In this document: positions 16,017 through 26,572 of the stretch, in pieces
Layout: each line of letters begins with the position of its first letter
How positions within the stretch are numbered: position 1 is the stretch's first letter
Origin: an uncultured Arcobacteraceae bacterium
GTDB taxonomy: Bacteria > Campylobacterota > Campylobacteria > Campylobacterales > Arcobacteraceae
DNA: 51,837 bases
Assembly: GCA_964022095.1 (NCBI GenBank)
Contig: CAXHZO010000017.1
Span: 1 to 51,837, forward strand
Reading direction: 5' to 3'
Notes under the pieces: model-generated
Told to the model about the DNA's origin: nothing
Seen by the model: only the letters and a program-made list of their open reading frames with translations
Databases searched by the model: none
Position numbers and translations under genes: made by a program

Positions 16017-16670
16017 ATGAAACAATATGAAAGTTATAAATGTAGTAAATGTGGTAATGTAGTAGAGGTTTCAAGTGTTGGTGGAGGTGAACTTCACTGC
16101 TGTGGTCAAAAGATGGATTGTATTACTGAAGATTTAACTTCTGTTGTTCTTATGAAAGCCTTTGCTGGTGAATCAATGGCTAGAAATAAGTATGAGTACT
16201 TTGCAAAAATTGCTCAAAAAGAAGGTTATAGAGATATTGCTGAACACTTCCAAAGAGCAGCAAACAATGAAAAGAAACATGCCCAATTAGAATTAAAAGC
16301 ATACAATGTTCTAAATTATGACAAAGAGTTTGGGGATACAGTTGAAAACCTTCAAATTGCGATTGATGGAGAAAGTTATGAAAACGAAACTATGTATCCA
16401 GACTTCTCAAAAGTAGCAAAAGATGAAGGTCATGCTGATATTTCAAGAATGCTAAGTATGATTGGTAAAATTGAAATTGAGCATGAGAATATGTACAGAA
16501 GATTAAAAGATAGACTTGAAAGCGGAAATGAATTCATAAGTGATAATGATGAAGAAGAATGGATTTGTGAAGTATGTGGACACGTTCACAGAGGTAAAAA
16601 AGCTCTAAAAAAATGTCCAGTATGTGATCACCCTCAAGAGTATCAATCAAGATTAAACTCTCAAAAGTAG
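16017..16670 (+). CDS. rbr: Desulforubrerythrin, second tandem paralogue
   Basis: Same three-domain architecture and motifs as 15286..15948. Confidence 0.9.
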   Translation: MKQYESYKCSKCGNVVEVSSVGGGELHCCGQKMDCITEDLTSVVLMKAFAGESMARNKYEYFAKIAQKEGYRDIAEHFQRAANNEKKHAQLELKAYNVLNYDKEFGDTVENLQIAIDGESYENETMYPDFSKVAKDEGHADISRMLSMIGKIEIEHENMYRRLKDRLESGNEFISDNDEEEWICEVCGHVHRGKKALKKCPVCDHPQEYQSRLNSQK

Positions 16671-16687
16671 TTTTTTAAGCTACTTTT
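16663..16687 (+). terminator. Putative intrinsic terminator
   Basis: AAAAGTAG-N9-CTACTTTT. Confidence 0.5.
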
Positions 16688-16744
16688 ACCTATTAAAAAT
16701 AATATCTTCGGTAATATAAGAAAAAATATTTACCGGAGATATAC

Positions 16745-18322
16745 TTGCAAAAAATTCTATTTTTATTACTTTTATGTATTGCATCTTATGCACAAAACTT
16801 CAAAATAGCTTCATACAATGTTGAAAATCTATTTGATTTAACGAAACAAAATAGTGAATATAACGAATACAAACCAAATACAAAAGCAAATTGGAATAGT
16901 AGAACATTTAATATCAAACTAAACAATGTAATTAAAGTAGTTAAAGAAATAGATGCAGATATTATTGCATTACAAGAAATAGAAAATAAAAATGTATTAT
17001 TACAACTTTTTAAAAGATTACCCCAATACAAACACTATTCATTTGTAAAATATCCTAGAAGTGCAGTTGGTGTTGCTTTTTTATCAAAAATAAAAATTAC
17101 TGAAAATAGACAAATAAATGTAAAATTTAGAAATAAACTTTTTAGACCAATATTAGAAACTACATTTGAAATTGATAATACACAATTTAAAGTATTTAAC
17201 AATCACTGGCCATCAAAAGCAGTTGAAGAGAGTTATAGAGTAACTTATGCAAAAGCACTTCAAGATAGACTTACAAAACTTCCAAAAGATTATGACTATA
17301 TTTTAGTTGGTGATTTTAATTCAAATTATGATGAAATGACAAGTTTTAGAAGTAATAGAAAGCTAAATAATACACAAGGAATCACAGGAATAAATCAAGT
17401 GCTAAATACTACTTATGATGGTGGTTATATTACATATGATGATGTTTCTAAATTCAAAAGAAAAGTTCATTTTAATCTTTGGCTTGAACTAAATAATACA
17501 AATAGATTTTCAAATAAATATAGAGGACAAAATAACACTCCTGATAATATCATTGTATCCCCTGCTTTACTTGATACAAAAAAAATCTCATATATACCAA
17601 ATTCATTTAATGTTTTTAAACCCTCATACTTATATAAAAACAACAAAGTTTATAGATGGAAAATGGCTGGGTATAAATATGAGAGAAAACACTTAGGTTC
17701 TGGTTACTCAGATCACTTACCAATTTATGCTTCATTTTCAACAAATAAAAAAGACACAAATGTCATTAAAAAAGTGTTAAAAACTCAAAATAGAAATATT
17801 GATTCAATAGTTGAACTATATGAAAAAGAAAAACTAATTGAACCAGTTATCATAAAAAATGCAACAGTAATTTATAAAAATGGTTCAAAAGCAATTATCA
17901 AAGATAATACAAGAGCAATTTATATTTATAAAAATGCTAATAATTTAAAACTAGGATACAACTACACAATACAAATAAATCAAATTTTTAACTACAATGG
18001 ATTAAAAGAGATTGATGATTTTTCTGTTTTAAATCAAAAAGCTAAGAACAAAAACTATAAAGATTTATATTTAAACGCGAAAGATATAAATGTATTAAAA
18101 CAAAACTATCAAAATGAAATAGTAACAAACTTAAAAGGTACAGTTAAAAATAGAAAACTATACTTTCAAAATGATATTTATATAAAGCTTTTTGCTAAAA
18201 ATAAAAAAGACTTACCAAAAAATGGAGACAAAATCATCACCAAAACTGGTCACTTAGGAGAGTATAAAGGTACTCCTCAAATATTAATTCATTCAAAAAA
18301 TGATTATCAAGTGATTAAATAG
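16745..18322 (+). CDS. Secreted endonuclease/exonuclease/phosphatase-family protein
   Basis: Signal peptide, SYNVENLFD, ALQEIEN, NHWPS, GDFN, SDHLP. Confidence 0.88.
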   Translation: MQKILFLLLLCIASYAQNFKIASYNVENLFDLTKQNSEYNEYKPNTKANWNSRTFNIKLNNVIKVVKEIDADIIALQEIENKNVLLQLFKRLPQYKHYSFVKYPRSAVGVAFLSKIKITENRQINVKFRNKLFRPILETTFEIDNTQFKVFNNHWPSKAVEESYRVTYAKALQDRLTKLPKDYDYILVGDFNSNYDEMTSFRSNRKLNNTQGITGINQVLNTTYDGGYITYDDVSKFKRKVHFNLWLELNNTNRFSNKYRGQNNTPDNIIVSPALLDTKKISYIPNSFNVFKPSYLYKNNKVYRWKMAGYKYERKHLGSGYSDHLPIYASFSTNKKDTNVIKKVLKTQNRNIDSIVELYEKEKLIEPVIIKNATVIYKNGSKAIIKDNTRAIYIYKNANNLKLGYNYTIQINQIFNYNGLKEIDDFSVLNQKAKNKNYKDLYLNAKDINVLKQNYQNEIVTNLKGTVKNRKLYFQNDIYIKLFAKNKKDLPKNGDKIITKTGHLGEYKGTPQILIHSKNDYQVIK

Positions 18323-19624
18323 ATGCTAATAAAATCGATTTTCACAAATAGTTCTGGTATTTTATTTTCTAGAATATTAGGATTTATTAGAGATTTATTA
18401 ACTGCATCAATTTTGGGTGCAAACATCTATTCAGATATTTTCTTCGTGGCATTTAAACTTCCAAATTTATTTAGAAGAATATTTGCAGAAGGTGCATTTA
18501 CTCAAGCTTTTATTCCTGCATATGCAAAGTCAAACCATAAAATTAGATTCTCTTCTATTGTTTTTTTACAACTTTTTGGATTTTTGATTGTTTTATCATT
18601 ATTGGTAACTGCATTTTCACATCTTGTCGCAAAAGCTATAGCAATAGGTTTTGATGAAAAAACCATAGATTTAGCAGCACCATTATTTGCAATAAACTTT
18701 TACTATTTACCAATGATATTTATAGTTACATTTATGGCAGCACTATTACAGTATAAAAACCATTTTGCAACAACTGCATATGCAACAGCGCTATTAAATA
18801 TAGGAATGATTGCTGCACTTTTAGTATCACAAAATTTAGATAAATACACAATCGCATTTTATTTATCTTATGGTGTTTTAGTAGGAGGAATACTTCAAAT
18901 AATCGTTCATGTAATAGCTATTAAAAAACATGATTTGTGTAAAATATTTCACTTCAAAAAACATAAGAAAAAAGAAGAAAATAAATTCTATAAAAACTTT
19001 TTTGCAGCAACTGTAGGTTCTTCAACTGCACACATTTCAGCATTTATTGATACTTGGCTAGCATCTTTTTTAATAACAGGTTCTATTTCATATTTATACT
19101 ATGCAAATAGAATTTTTCAACTACCCCTTGCACTTTTTGCAATAGCAACCTCAATCGCCCTATTCCCAATGGTAGCACGTGCGATTAAGAATAAAGATGA
19201 AAATAAAGCCTTACATTTAATGAAAAAATCTTCTATTATTTTATTTGGTTTACTATCAGTTGCGATGATTATTGGAATAGTTTTTAATGATTTAATTGTT
19301 TGGCTTTTATTTGAAAGGGGAGCTTTTACAAGTAATGACACATCAAACACTGCATTAATACTAAGTATGTATTTAATAGGTCTTCTTCCTTTTGGTATAG
19401 GAAAAATCTTTTCACTTTGGTTATATGCAAAAGAACAACAAGGAAAAGCTGCAAAAATCTCTATGCAAAGCTTAGGGTTCAATATAGTTTTTTCACTTAT
19501 TTTAATACAACCTTTTGGAGCAGCGGGACTTGCATTTGCAAGTACATTAAGTGGTTTTGTACTGTTTTTTCTAACAATAAAAGAGTTTGGATATAAAAAA
19601 TTCATAGAGATGTTCAAAAAGTAA
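18323..19624 (+). CDS. murJ: Lipid II flippase MurJ
   Basis: SRILGFIRD, PNLFRRIFAEGAF, YYANRIFQLP. Confidence 0.96.
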   Translation: MLIKSIFTNSSGILFSRILGFIRDLLTASILGANIYSDIFFVAFKLPNLFRRIFAEGAFTQAFIPAYAKSNHKIRFSSIVFLQLFGFLIVLSLLVTAFSHLVAKAIAIGFDEKTIDLAAPLFAINFYYLPMIFIVTFMAALLQYKNHFATTAYATALLNIGMIAALLVSQNLDKYTIAFYLSYGVLVGGILQIIVHVIAIKKHDLCKIFHFKKHKKKEENKFYKNFFAATVGSSTAHISAFIDTWLASFLITGSISYLYYANRIFQLPLALFAIATSIALFPMVARAIKNKDENKALHLMKKSSIILFGLLSVAMIIGIVFNDLIVWLLFERGAFTSNDTSNTALILSMYLIGLLPFGIGKIFSLWLYAKEQQGKAAKISMQSLGFNIVFSLILIQPFGAAGLAFASTLSGFVLFFLTIKEFGYKKFIEMFKK

Positions 19625-19699
19625 AATATACTTGCTTTAGCTCACAATCAATATATTTAGATATAATCTTAGCTATTTAACAAACTATTAGGATAATCA

Positions 19700-21409
19700 T
19701 TGAGAGAGTTTTATAAACACTATATACCCTATATTAAAGACTACAAATTAAAATTTTTCTTTGCTGTTATTGGTATGATTTTAGTTGCAGGAGGTACTGC
19801 TGGAACTGTATACATCATTCAACCTTTATTAGATGATATTTTCATCAACAAAGATAAAGAGATGCTATTTTTAATGCCTTTTATAGTAGTTGCTATATAC
19901 TCTACAAAAGGTATTGGTGGATATGTTCAAAAGTACTATATTTCATATATTGGACAAGACATTGTAAGAAGAATTAGAGACAAATTACTAAGTCATATAT
20001 TAAACTTAGACATGGCATTTTTCCATAAAAACCATGGTGGAAAACTAATTTCAAGAATTACAAATGATATCAATAGAATTCAGCTTGCAGTTTCAAATTA
20101 TGTAGCTGATATAATCAGAGAAGCCTTAACTATCGTTGGATTAGTTGGTGTTGCAATTTATCAAAGTCCTGAGCTAGCTTTTTATGGTCTTGTTGTACTT
20201 CCAATAGCATTAATTCCACTTTCAAAACTAGCTAAAAAAATGAAAAAACTGTCTTTTAGATCCCAAGAATCTATTTCAGATATTACTTCACATTTAAGTG
20301 AAACTTTCAATAACGTAGAATTAATAAAAGCTAATTCAACTGATGAATTAGAAATGAAAGATTTTAAAAGACACAATCAAAACTTTTTTGCAGTGACACT
20401 AAAAACAGTAAAAACAAATGCCTTAGTTTCTCCAATTATGGAAATAATTGGATCAATAGGATTTGCAGTAGTTATTTTAGTAGGTGGTACACAAGTTATA
20501 AATGGAACACTTACAACTGGTTCATTTCTTTCATTTACAACTGCCCTATTTTCATTATATACACCAGTAAAAAGGTTATCTTCACTATTCAATCAACTTC
20601 AAGATGCAATTGCTGCTGATATTAGAATCAAAGATATCTTTTCACAACAAGCGAAAATTAAAGATGGAACATTAGCATTTCCAAAAAATATTGAAAAAAT
20701 AAGCTTTAAAGACGTAGAGTTAAAATATGATGATTTTGTAGCATTAAAAAATATTAATTTTGAGATAAAAAAAGGTCAAACTATGGCTTTAGTAGGTGAT
20801 AGTGGTGGAGGTAAATCTTCATTAATTAATCTTTTAATTAGATTTTATGATATTTCAAAAGGTGAGATTATTTTTAATGATAATGATATTAAAGATTTCA
20901 CTTTATTATCATTAAGAAATAACATATCAGTTGTTACACAAAGAGTTTACATTTTCAATGACAGTGTTGCTGCTAATATTGCATATGGGTATGAAGTTGA
21001 TGAAAGAAAAGTTGTAAAAGCTTTAAAGCAAGCCCATGCATATGATTTTGTTTGTAATTTAGATGAAGGTATTTATACAAAACTTGATGAGTTTGGTACA
21101 AACCTAAGTGGAGGACAAAGACAAAGAATTGCAATAGCAAGAGCATTATATAAAAATCCTCAAATTTTAATACTTGATGAAGCTACGTCAGCTTTAGATA
21201 ATGAGAGTGAATCAATTATTTCTGAAGTAATCCAAGAAGTAAGTAAAGATAAAATCACTTTTGTAATTGCTCATAGATTAAGTACTATAAAAAATGCAGA
21301 TAAAATTGCAGTATTTAATAAAGGTGAGATAGTAGGCTTAGGAAGTGAAGCTGAATTAATAGACTCTTGTAAAGAGTATCAAAGACTACATAACTTAGCG
21401 AATATATAA
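19700..21409 (+). CDS. msbA: ABC exporter, MsbA-like
   Basis: TMD plus NBD, GDSGGGKS, LSGGQRQR, DEATSALD; murJ-pyrD context. Confidence 0.82.
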   Translation: MREFYKHYIPYIKDYKLKFFFAVIGMILVAGGTAGTVYIIQPLLDDIFINKDKEMLFLMPFIVVAIYSTKGIGGYVQKYYISYIGQDIVRRIRDKLLSHILNLDMAFFHKNHGGKLISRITNDINRIQLAVSNYVADIIREALTIVGLVGVAIYQSPELAFYGLVVLPIALIPLSKLAKKMKKLSFRSQESISDITSHLSETFNNVELIKANSTDELEMKDFKRHNQNFFAVTLKTVKTNALVSPIMEIIGSIGFAVVILVGGTQVINGTLTTGSFLSFTTALFSLYTPVKRLSSLFNQLQDAIAADIRIKDIFSQQAKIKDGTLAFPKNIEKISFKDVELKYDDFVALKNINFEIKKGQTMALVGDSGGGKSSLINLLIRFYDISKGEIIFNDNDIKDFTLLSLRNNISVVTQRVYIFNDSVAANIAYGYEVDERKVVKALKQAHAYDFVCNLDEGIYTKLDEFGTNLSGGQRQRIAIARALYKNPQILILDEATSALDNESESIISEVIQEVSKDKITFVIAHRLSTIKNADKIAVFNKGEIVGLGSEAELIDSCKEYQRLHNLANI

Positions 21410-21481
21410 CTACTTATATTCGTAAAGTTATATTTACTAACTTTTAGATAAAATATCATAATTTTACAAAAGGGAATTACA

Positions 21482-22540
21482 TTGTCAAAATATCAGATGC
21501 TAAAAAAAGTTTTATTTAAATTTGATCCTGAAACTGCTCATCACATTGCAGAGACTGGTTTAAAATTATTAGGGAACTGTAAACTTGCTAAAAAGTATAT
21601 GGAAAAAAGAAACTTTAACCAAAACCCAAAACTTTCACAAGAGGTTTTTGGAGTTACTTTTCAAAACCCAGTAGGACTAGCTGCAGGATTTGATAAAAAT
21701 GCAACAGTAGTTAAATCTATGAAATCTTTAGGATTTGGTTTTACTGAAATTGGAACAGTTACACCAAAACCTCAAGATGGAAATCCAAAACCTAGAATGT
21801 TTAGATATCCAGAAGTAAATTGTGTTCAAAATGCTATGGGATTCAATAATCTTGGAATTCACACAGTATTAAAAAACCTAAAGAAGTTATACCCTTTTGA
21901 AATACCAATTGGTGGAAATATTGGGAAAAATAAAATCACACCAGAAGAGTTTGCACTTGAAGATTACAAAGTACTAATTAAGAAAATCAAAGACTATTGT
22001 GATTACTTAGTAATTAATATTTCAAGTCCAAATACACCAAATCTTAGAGATTTACAAAATGAAAAGTTTATTACTGAACTTTTTACAATGGCAAAAGAGA
22101 TTACAGATAAACCAATTTTATTAAAGATTGCTCCAGATATGGAAGCACAAGTAGCTATTGATTTATGTAAAAGTGCTGTTAATGCAGGTGCTGCTGGAAT
22201 TATTGCGACTAATACAACAATTGATTATGATTTAGTTCCAAACTGCCAAGACTTTGGTGGATTAAGTGGTACATGTTTAACTGAAAAGTCTTATTTATTA
22301 TTTAAAGAGATTGCAAAAGAGTTATTTGGAAAAACAACTTTAATATCAGTTGGTGGTATATCAAATGGACAACAAGCATATGACAGAATAAAAGCTGGCG
22401 CATCACTTGTTCAAATATATACAGGATTAATTTTTGAAGGGCCATCAATGGTTAAAAAAATTAATGAAGAGTTATTAGAGTTATTGAAAAAAGATGGCTA
22501 CAGTAATATTACTGAAGCTATCGGAGCAGATTTAAAATAA
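21482..22540 (+). CDS. pyrD: Quinone-dependent dihydroorotate dehydrogenase
   Basis: GLAAGFDKN, NISSPNTPNLR, KIAPD. Confidence 0.97.
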   Translation: MSKYQMLKKVLFKFDPETAHHIAETGLKLLGNCKLAKKYMEKRNFNQNPKLSQEVFGVTFQNPVGLAAGFDKNATVVKSMKSLGFGFTEIGTVTPKPQDGNPKPRMFRYPEVNCVQNAMGFNNLGIHTVLKNLKKLYPFEIPIGGNIGKNKITPEEFALEDYKVLIKKIKDYCDYLVINISSPNTPNLRDLQNEKFITELFTMAKEITDKPILLKIAPDMEAQVAIDLCKSAVNAGAAGIIATNTTIDYDLVPNCQDFGGLSGTCLTEKSYLLFKEIAKELFGKTTLISVGGISNGQQAYDRIKAGASLVQIYTGLIFEGPSMVKKINEELLELLKKDGYSNITEAIGADLK

Positions 22541-22558
22541 ATTAAAAAGGAAGTAAAG

Positions 22559-23881
22559 ATGAAAACTTTAAAGAAATTATTTTTATTTATTTCATTTTTT
22601 ACTATTTTCGCAGGAGAATTAATGAGTAATAGTTTACCAAAGTATTATACAAAGACATTAGAAAATGGATTACAAATAGTTGCAATTCCAATGGATAATG
22701 GCTCAAATGTAGTGTCAACAGACATTTTTTATAAAGTTGGAAGTAGAGATGAAAAAATGGGGAAAAGTGGAATAGCCCATATGCTAGAACACTTAAACTT
22801 TAAGTCTACAAAGAATCTTCAAGCTGGGGAATTTGATGAGATAGTAAAAGGTTTTGGTGGATTAAATAATGCTTCTACTTCATTTGACTATACTCACTAC
22901 TACATAAAATCTAGTTCAAAAAATATGGATAAATCTTTAGATTTATTTGCAGAATTAATGCAAAACTTAACATTAAAAGATGAAGAGTTCCAACCTGAAA
23001 GAGATGTAGTTGCAGAAGAGAGAAGATGGAGAACTGATAATAACCCTATGGGATATTTACAGTTTAGATTATTTAACAACGCTTATTTATATCATCCATA
23101 TCACTGGACTCCAATTGGATTTATGAGTGATATTCAAAACTGGACTATTGAAGATATTAAAGATTTTCATAGTACTTATTATCAACCAAAAAACGCAATT
23201 GTTGTAGTTGCAGGGGATATAAATAAAGATGATGTTTTCAGTTCTGTTAAAAAACATTTTAAAGATATTGAAAATAAAAAAGATATTCAATCTAAGCTTC
23301 ATACAGTTGAACCAAAACAAGATGGTGCAAAAAGAGTAATGATCAAAAAAGATAGTGCTGTTGAAATGATTGCTATTTCTTATCATATACCAAATTTTGA
23401 ACATAAAGATCAGGTTGCACTTTCTGCACTTAGTGAATTATTAAGTTCAGGAAAGAGTTCAATTTTACAAAAAAGATTAGTAGATGAAAAAAGACTTGTA
23501 AACTCAGTTTATGCTTATAACATGGAATTAAAAGATCCAGGAGTTTTCCTTTTTGTTGCTGTTGCAAATGAAGGAGTTAAGGCTAAAGAAGTTGAAAAAG
23601 AAATTTTAGATATAATGCACGACTTGAAAAAAGGGAAGATATCAAAAAGCGATATTGATAAGATTAAAATCAATACAAAAGCTGATTTTATTTTTTCACT
23701 GGAAAGTTCAAGTTCAGTAGCATCATTATATGGATCTTATTTTGTTAGAGACAATATTAAACCTCTTTTAAAGTATGAAAAACAAGTAGAAGAACTTACT
23801 AAAAAAGATTTAATTAAAGTTGCTAATAAATACCTGAATAAAGATAATTCAACAACGGTTATTTTAAAACAGGAAAAATAG
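22559..23881 (+). CDS. M16-family zinc peptidase
   Basis: HMLEH (HxxEH) motif, NASTS.DYT.Y; alternative start at 22622. Confidence 0.93.
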   Translation: MKTLKKLFLFISFFTIFAGELMSNSLPKYYTKTLENGLQIVAIPMDNGSNVVSTDIFYKVGSRDEKMGKSGIAHMLEHLNFKSTKNLQAGEFDEIVKGFGGLNNASTSFDYTHYYIKSSSKNMDKSLDLFAELMQNLTLKDEEFQPERDVVAEERRWRTDNNPMGYLQFRLFNNAYLYHPYHWTPIGFMSDIQNWTIEDIKDFHSTYYQPKNAIVVVAGDINKDDVFSSVKKHFKDIENKKDIQSKLHTVEPKQDGAKRVMIKKDSAVEMIAISYHIPNFEHKDQVALSALSELLSSGKSSILQKRLVDEKRLVNSVYAYNMELKDPGVFLFVAVANEGVKAKEVEKEILDIMHDLKKGKISKSDIDKIKINTKADFIFSLESSSSVASLYGSYFVRDNIKPLLKYEKQVEELTKKDLIKVANKYLNKDNSTTVILKQEK

Positions 23882-24352
23882 ATGGACTATCATGTTAGTA
23901 AAACAAAATTTGGTGAAAAACCTTATTTTGAATTTCCTAAACAACTATTCTTAGAAGAGCTAGGAATAGAAGGTATGAAAAAGCTATTTAGTGATTTTTA
24001 TGACATAGTTGTTGATAGTGATATAGGAAACTTTTTTCCACAAGATGAAGAAGAGTTAGAGAAAGTAAAAAGTCATAATGTTAAGTTTTTCATAGAAGCA
24101 GCAGGTGGACCAAAGCTTTACACACAAGCTGTTGGTCACTTTGATATGATGAAAACACATGAACAATTTTCCATTACAGAAAAAGCAAGAAGAGAATGGC
24201 TTGGATGTATGGAAGAGGTTTTAAGAAAAACAGATATTTCAAATGAAGCAAAGCAAAGCTTTTGGGATTTTTTAGAAACTTTTTCAAAGCATACAGTTAA
24301 TGTTGATGAAAGACTTGAATTAGAAGATTTAGTAGTAGAGAAGAAAGGATAG
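23882..24352 (+). CDS. Truncated (2/2) haemoglobin-like globin
   Basis: FY...IGNFF, GGPKLY, H..F.I....R.EWL.CM pattern of group II-like trHb. Confidence 0.78.
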   Translation: MDYHVSKTKFGEKPYFEFPKQLFLEELGIEGMKKLFSDFYDIVVDSDIGNFFPQDEEELEKVKSHNVKFFIEAAGGPKLYTQAVGHFDMMKTHEQFSITEKARREWLGCMEEVLRKTDISNEAKQSFWDFLETFSKHTVNVDERLELEDLVVEKKG

Positions 24353-24354
24353 AT

Positions 24355-25242
24355 ATGGAAATAATTACTGGTGCAATGACTGCACTTATCACACCATTTA
24401 AAAATGGAAAAGTTGATTTAGAAAAATATGAATCATTAATTAAAAGACAAATAGAACAAGGTATTGATGTAGTAGTTCCTGTGGGAACAACAGGAGAGAG
24501 TGCAACTTTATCACATAGTGAACATAAACAATGTATTGAAGTTGCAGTTGCTACTTGTAAAGGTACTAACACAAAAGTAATTGCAGGTGCGGGTTCAAAT
24601 GCAACTCATGAAGCTTGTGATATTGCAAAACATGCTCAAGGTGTAGGAGCTGATGGTATTTTATCTGTAACTCCATACTATAATAAACCAACTCAAGAAG
24701 GTTTATATGAGCACTATAAAGCTATTGCACAATCTGTTGATATTCCATTTATGATGTACAATGTACCAGGTAGAACTGGAGTTGCTATTGATACTGAAAC
24801 CATAGTAAAACTATACGATGATGTTGAAAATATTTATGCAGTAAAAGAAGCAAGCGGTGATATTAATAAAATTGTTGAAATTCAAAGTCTTAGAAAAGAT
24901 TTAGTTTTAGTTTCAGGTGAAGATGCAATTGATTTCCCTATTTTAGCAAGTGGTGGACAAGGTATTATTTCTGTAACTGCAAATATCCTTCCAAATCTAA
25001 AATCTAAACTTGTACATGATGTACAAAGTGGTGATTACGCAAGTGCTAAAAAAATTAATGAAGATTTATTTGAATTAAATAAAGTACTATTTTGTGAAAG
25101 TAACCCTATCCCAATCAAAGCTGCTATGTATATAGCTGGTCTTTTAGATACTTTAGAGTTTAGACTTCCTTTAACAGCTCCAAGTGCTGATACAATGAAA
25201 AAACTTGAAGAAACATTAAAAAATTATGAGGTGATAAAATAA
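24355..25242 (+). CDS. dapA: 4-hydroxy-tetrahydrodipicolinate synthase
   Basis: GTTGES, PYYNKP, YNVPGRT, KEASG, SNPIPIK. Confidence 0.97.
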   Translation: MEIITGAMTALITPFKNGKVDLEKYESLIKRQIEQGIDVVVPVGTTGESATLSHSEHKQCIEVAVATCKGTNTKVIAGAGSNATHEACDIAKHAQGVGADGILSVTPYYNKPTQEGLYEHYKAIAQSVDIPFMMYNVPGRTGVAIDTETIVKLYDDVENIYAVKEASGDINKIVEIQSLRKDLVLVSGEDAIDFPILASGGQGIISVTANILPNLKSKLVHDVQSGDYASAKKINEDLFELNKVLFCESNPIPIKAAMYIAGLLDTLEFRLPLTAPSADTMKKLEETLKNYEVIK

Positions 25243-26021
25243 TGAGCAACGAAATGAAAGGTAAAACTTTAGTAATTACTGGTGGTACAAAAGGTATTGG
25301 TAAAGAGTGTGTTTATAAATTTGCAAGTAATGGTATTGATGTAGCATTTACTTATAATTCAAATGCACAAATTGCAGAAGATATTTGTAAAGATGTTGAA
25401 GATAAGTTTGGTGTAAAATGTAAATGTTACCCATACAATATTCTAGAGCCAGAAACTGCTAAAGAGTTATTCTTAGAAATCGACAAAGACTTTGATAGAA
25501 TTGATTTCTTCATTTCAAATGCTATGATTTATGGAAGAGCTGTTGTTGGTGGATATGGTAAGTTTATGAAATTAAAACCTAGAGGATTAAACAATATTTA
25601 TACTGCAACAGTAAATGCCTTTGTATGTGGTGCACAACAAGCAGCAAAAAGAATGGAAAAAATTGGTGGTGGATCTATTGTTTCATTATCATCTACTGGT
25701 AACTTAGTATATATTGAGAACTACTCAGGTCACGGTACAAATAAAGCAGCAGTTGAAGCAATGGTAAGATATGCAGCAACTGAACTTGGTGAAATGGGAA
25801 TTAGAGTAAATGCAGTGTCTGGTGGTCCAATTGATACTGATGCATTAAAAGCATTTACAAACTATGAAGAAGTAAAAGCAAAAACTGCTGAATATTCTCC
25901 ATTAAACAGAATCGGTCAACCTGAAGATTTAGCACAATCATGTTACTTCTTATGTACAAAAGATGCTTCATGGATTACTGGTCACACATTAATTGTTGAT
26001 GGTGGGACAACTTTTAAATAA
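25242..26021 (+). CDS. SDR oxidoreductase, enoyl-ACP reductase (FabL-like)
   Basis: TGGTKGIG, YSGHGTNK (Yx6K), NAVSGGPIDT. Confidence 0.8.
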   Translation: MSNEMKGKTLVITGGTKGIGKECVYKFASNGIDVAFTYNSNAQIAEDICKDVEDKFGVKCKCYPYNILEPETAKELFLEIDKDFDRIDFFISNAMIYGRAVVGGYGKFMKLKPRGLNNIYTATVNAFVCGAQQAAKRMEKIGGGSIVSLSSTGNLVYIENYSGHGTNKAAVEAMVRYAATELGEMGIRVNAVSGGPIDTDALKAFTNYEEVKAKTAEYSPLNRIGQPEDLAQSCYFLCTKDASWITGHTLIVDGGTTFK

Positions 26022-26563
26022 TGAAGAAAAGTTTAAATTTTCCAAATATCCTAGCACTTTTTAGAATAGCATTAGCTCCGCTAATGCTATGGTTTTTAGT
26101 AGATAGAGACTCTGCTATTTTTTCTTCTTGGCATCCTTCTTGGCTTGATTACTTTGCTGGACTTATATTTGTTATTGCTTCTGTTACTGATTTTTTTGAT
26201 GGATTTATTGCAAGAGCATGGAATCAAATGACAAAACTTGGTGCTATTTTAGATCCACTTGCAGATAAAATGTTAATGCTTGCAGGCTTTTTAGGTCTTA
26301 TGGTAATTGATAGAGCAAGTGCTTGGGCAGTATTTTTAATACTATCTAGAGAGTTTTTTATTACAGGATTAAGAGTTGTTGCAGTCTCTGAGGGTAAAAG
26401 TGTAGCTTCTACAATGGCAGGAAAAATAAAAACTGTAATTCAAATGATAGCAATTGGATTTTTAATTATGAATTGGCCTTTTGCAACGCAACTTTTATGG
26501 TTAGCTGTTATCTTAACAATTTACTCTGGTTATGAATATACTAGAGATTACTTCAAAGTATAA
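26021..26563 (+). CDS. pgsA: CDP-diacylglycerol--glycerol-3-phosphate 3-phosphatidyltransferase
   Basis: TDFFDGFIAR...G..LDPLADK motif. Confidence 0.95.
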   Translation: MKKSLNFPNILALFRIALAPLMLWFLVDRDSAIFSSWHPSWLDYFAGLIFVIASVTDFFDGFIARAWNQMTKLGAILDPLADKMLMLAGFLGLMVIDRASAWAVFLILSREFFITGLRVVAVSEGKSVASTMAGKIKTVIQMIAIGFLIMNWPFATQLLWLAVILTIYSGYEYTRDYFKV

Positions 26564-26572
26564 AGGCATTTT

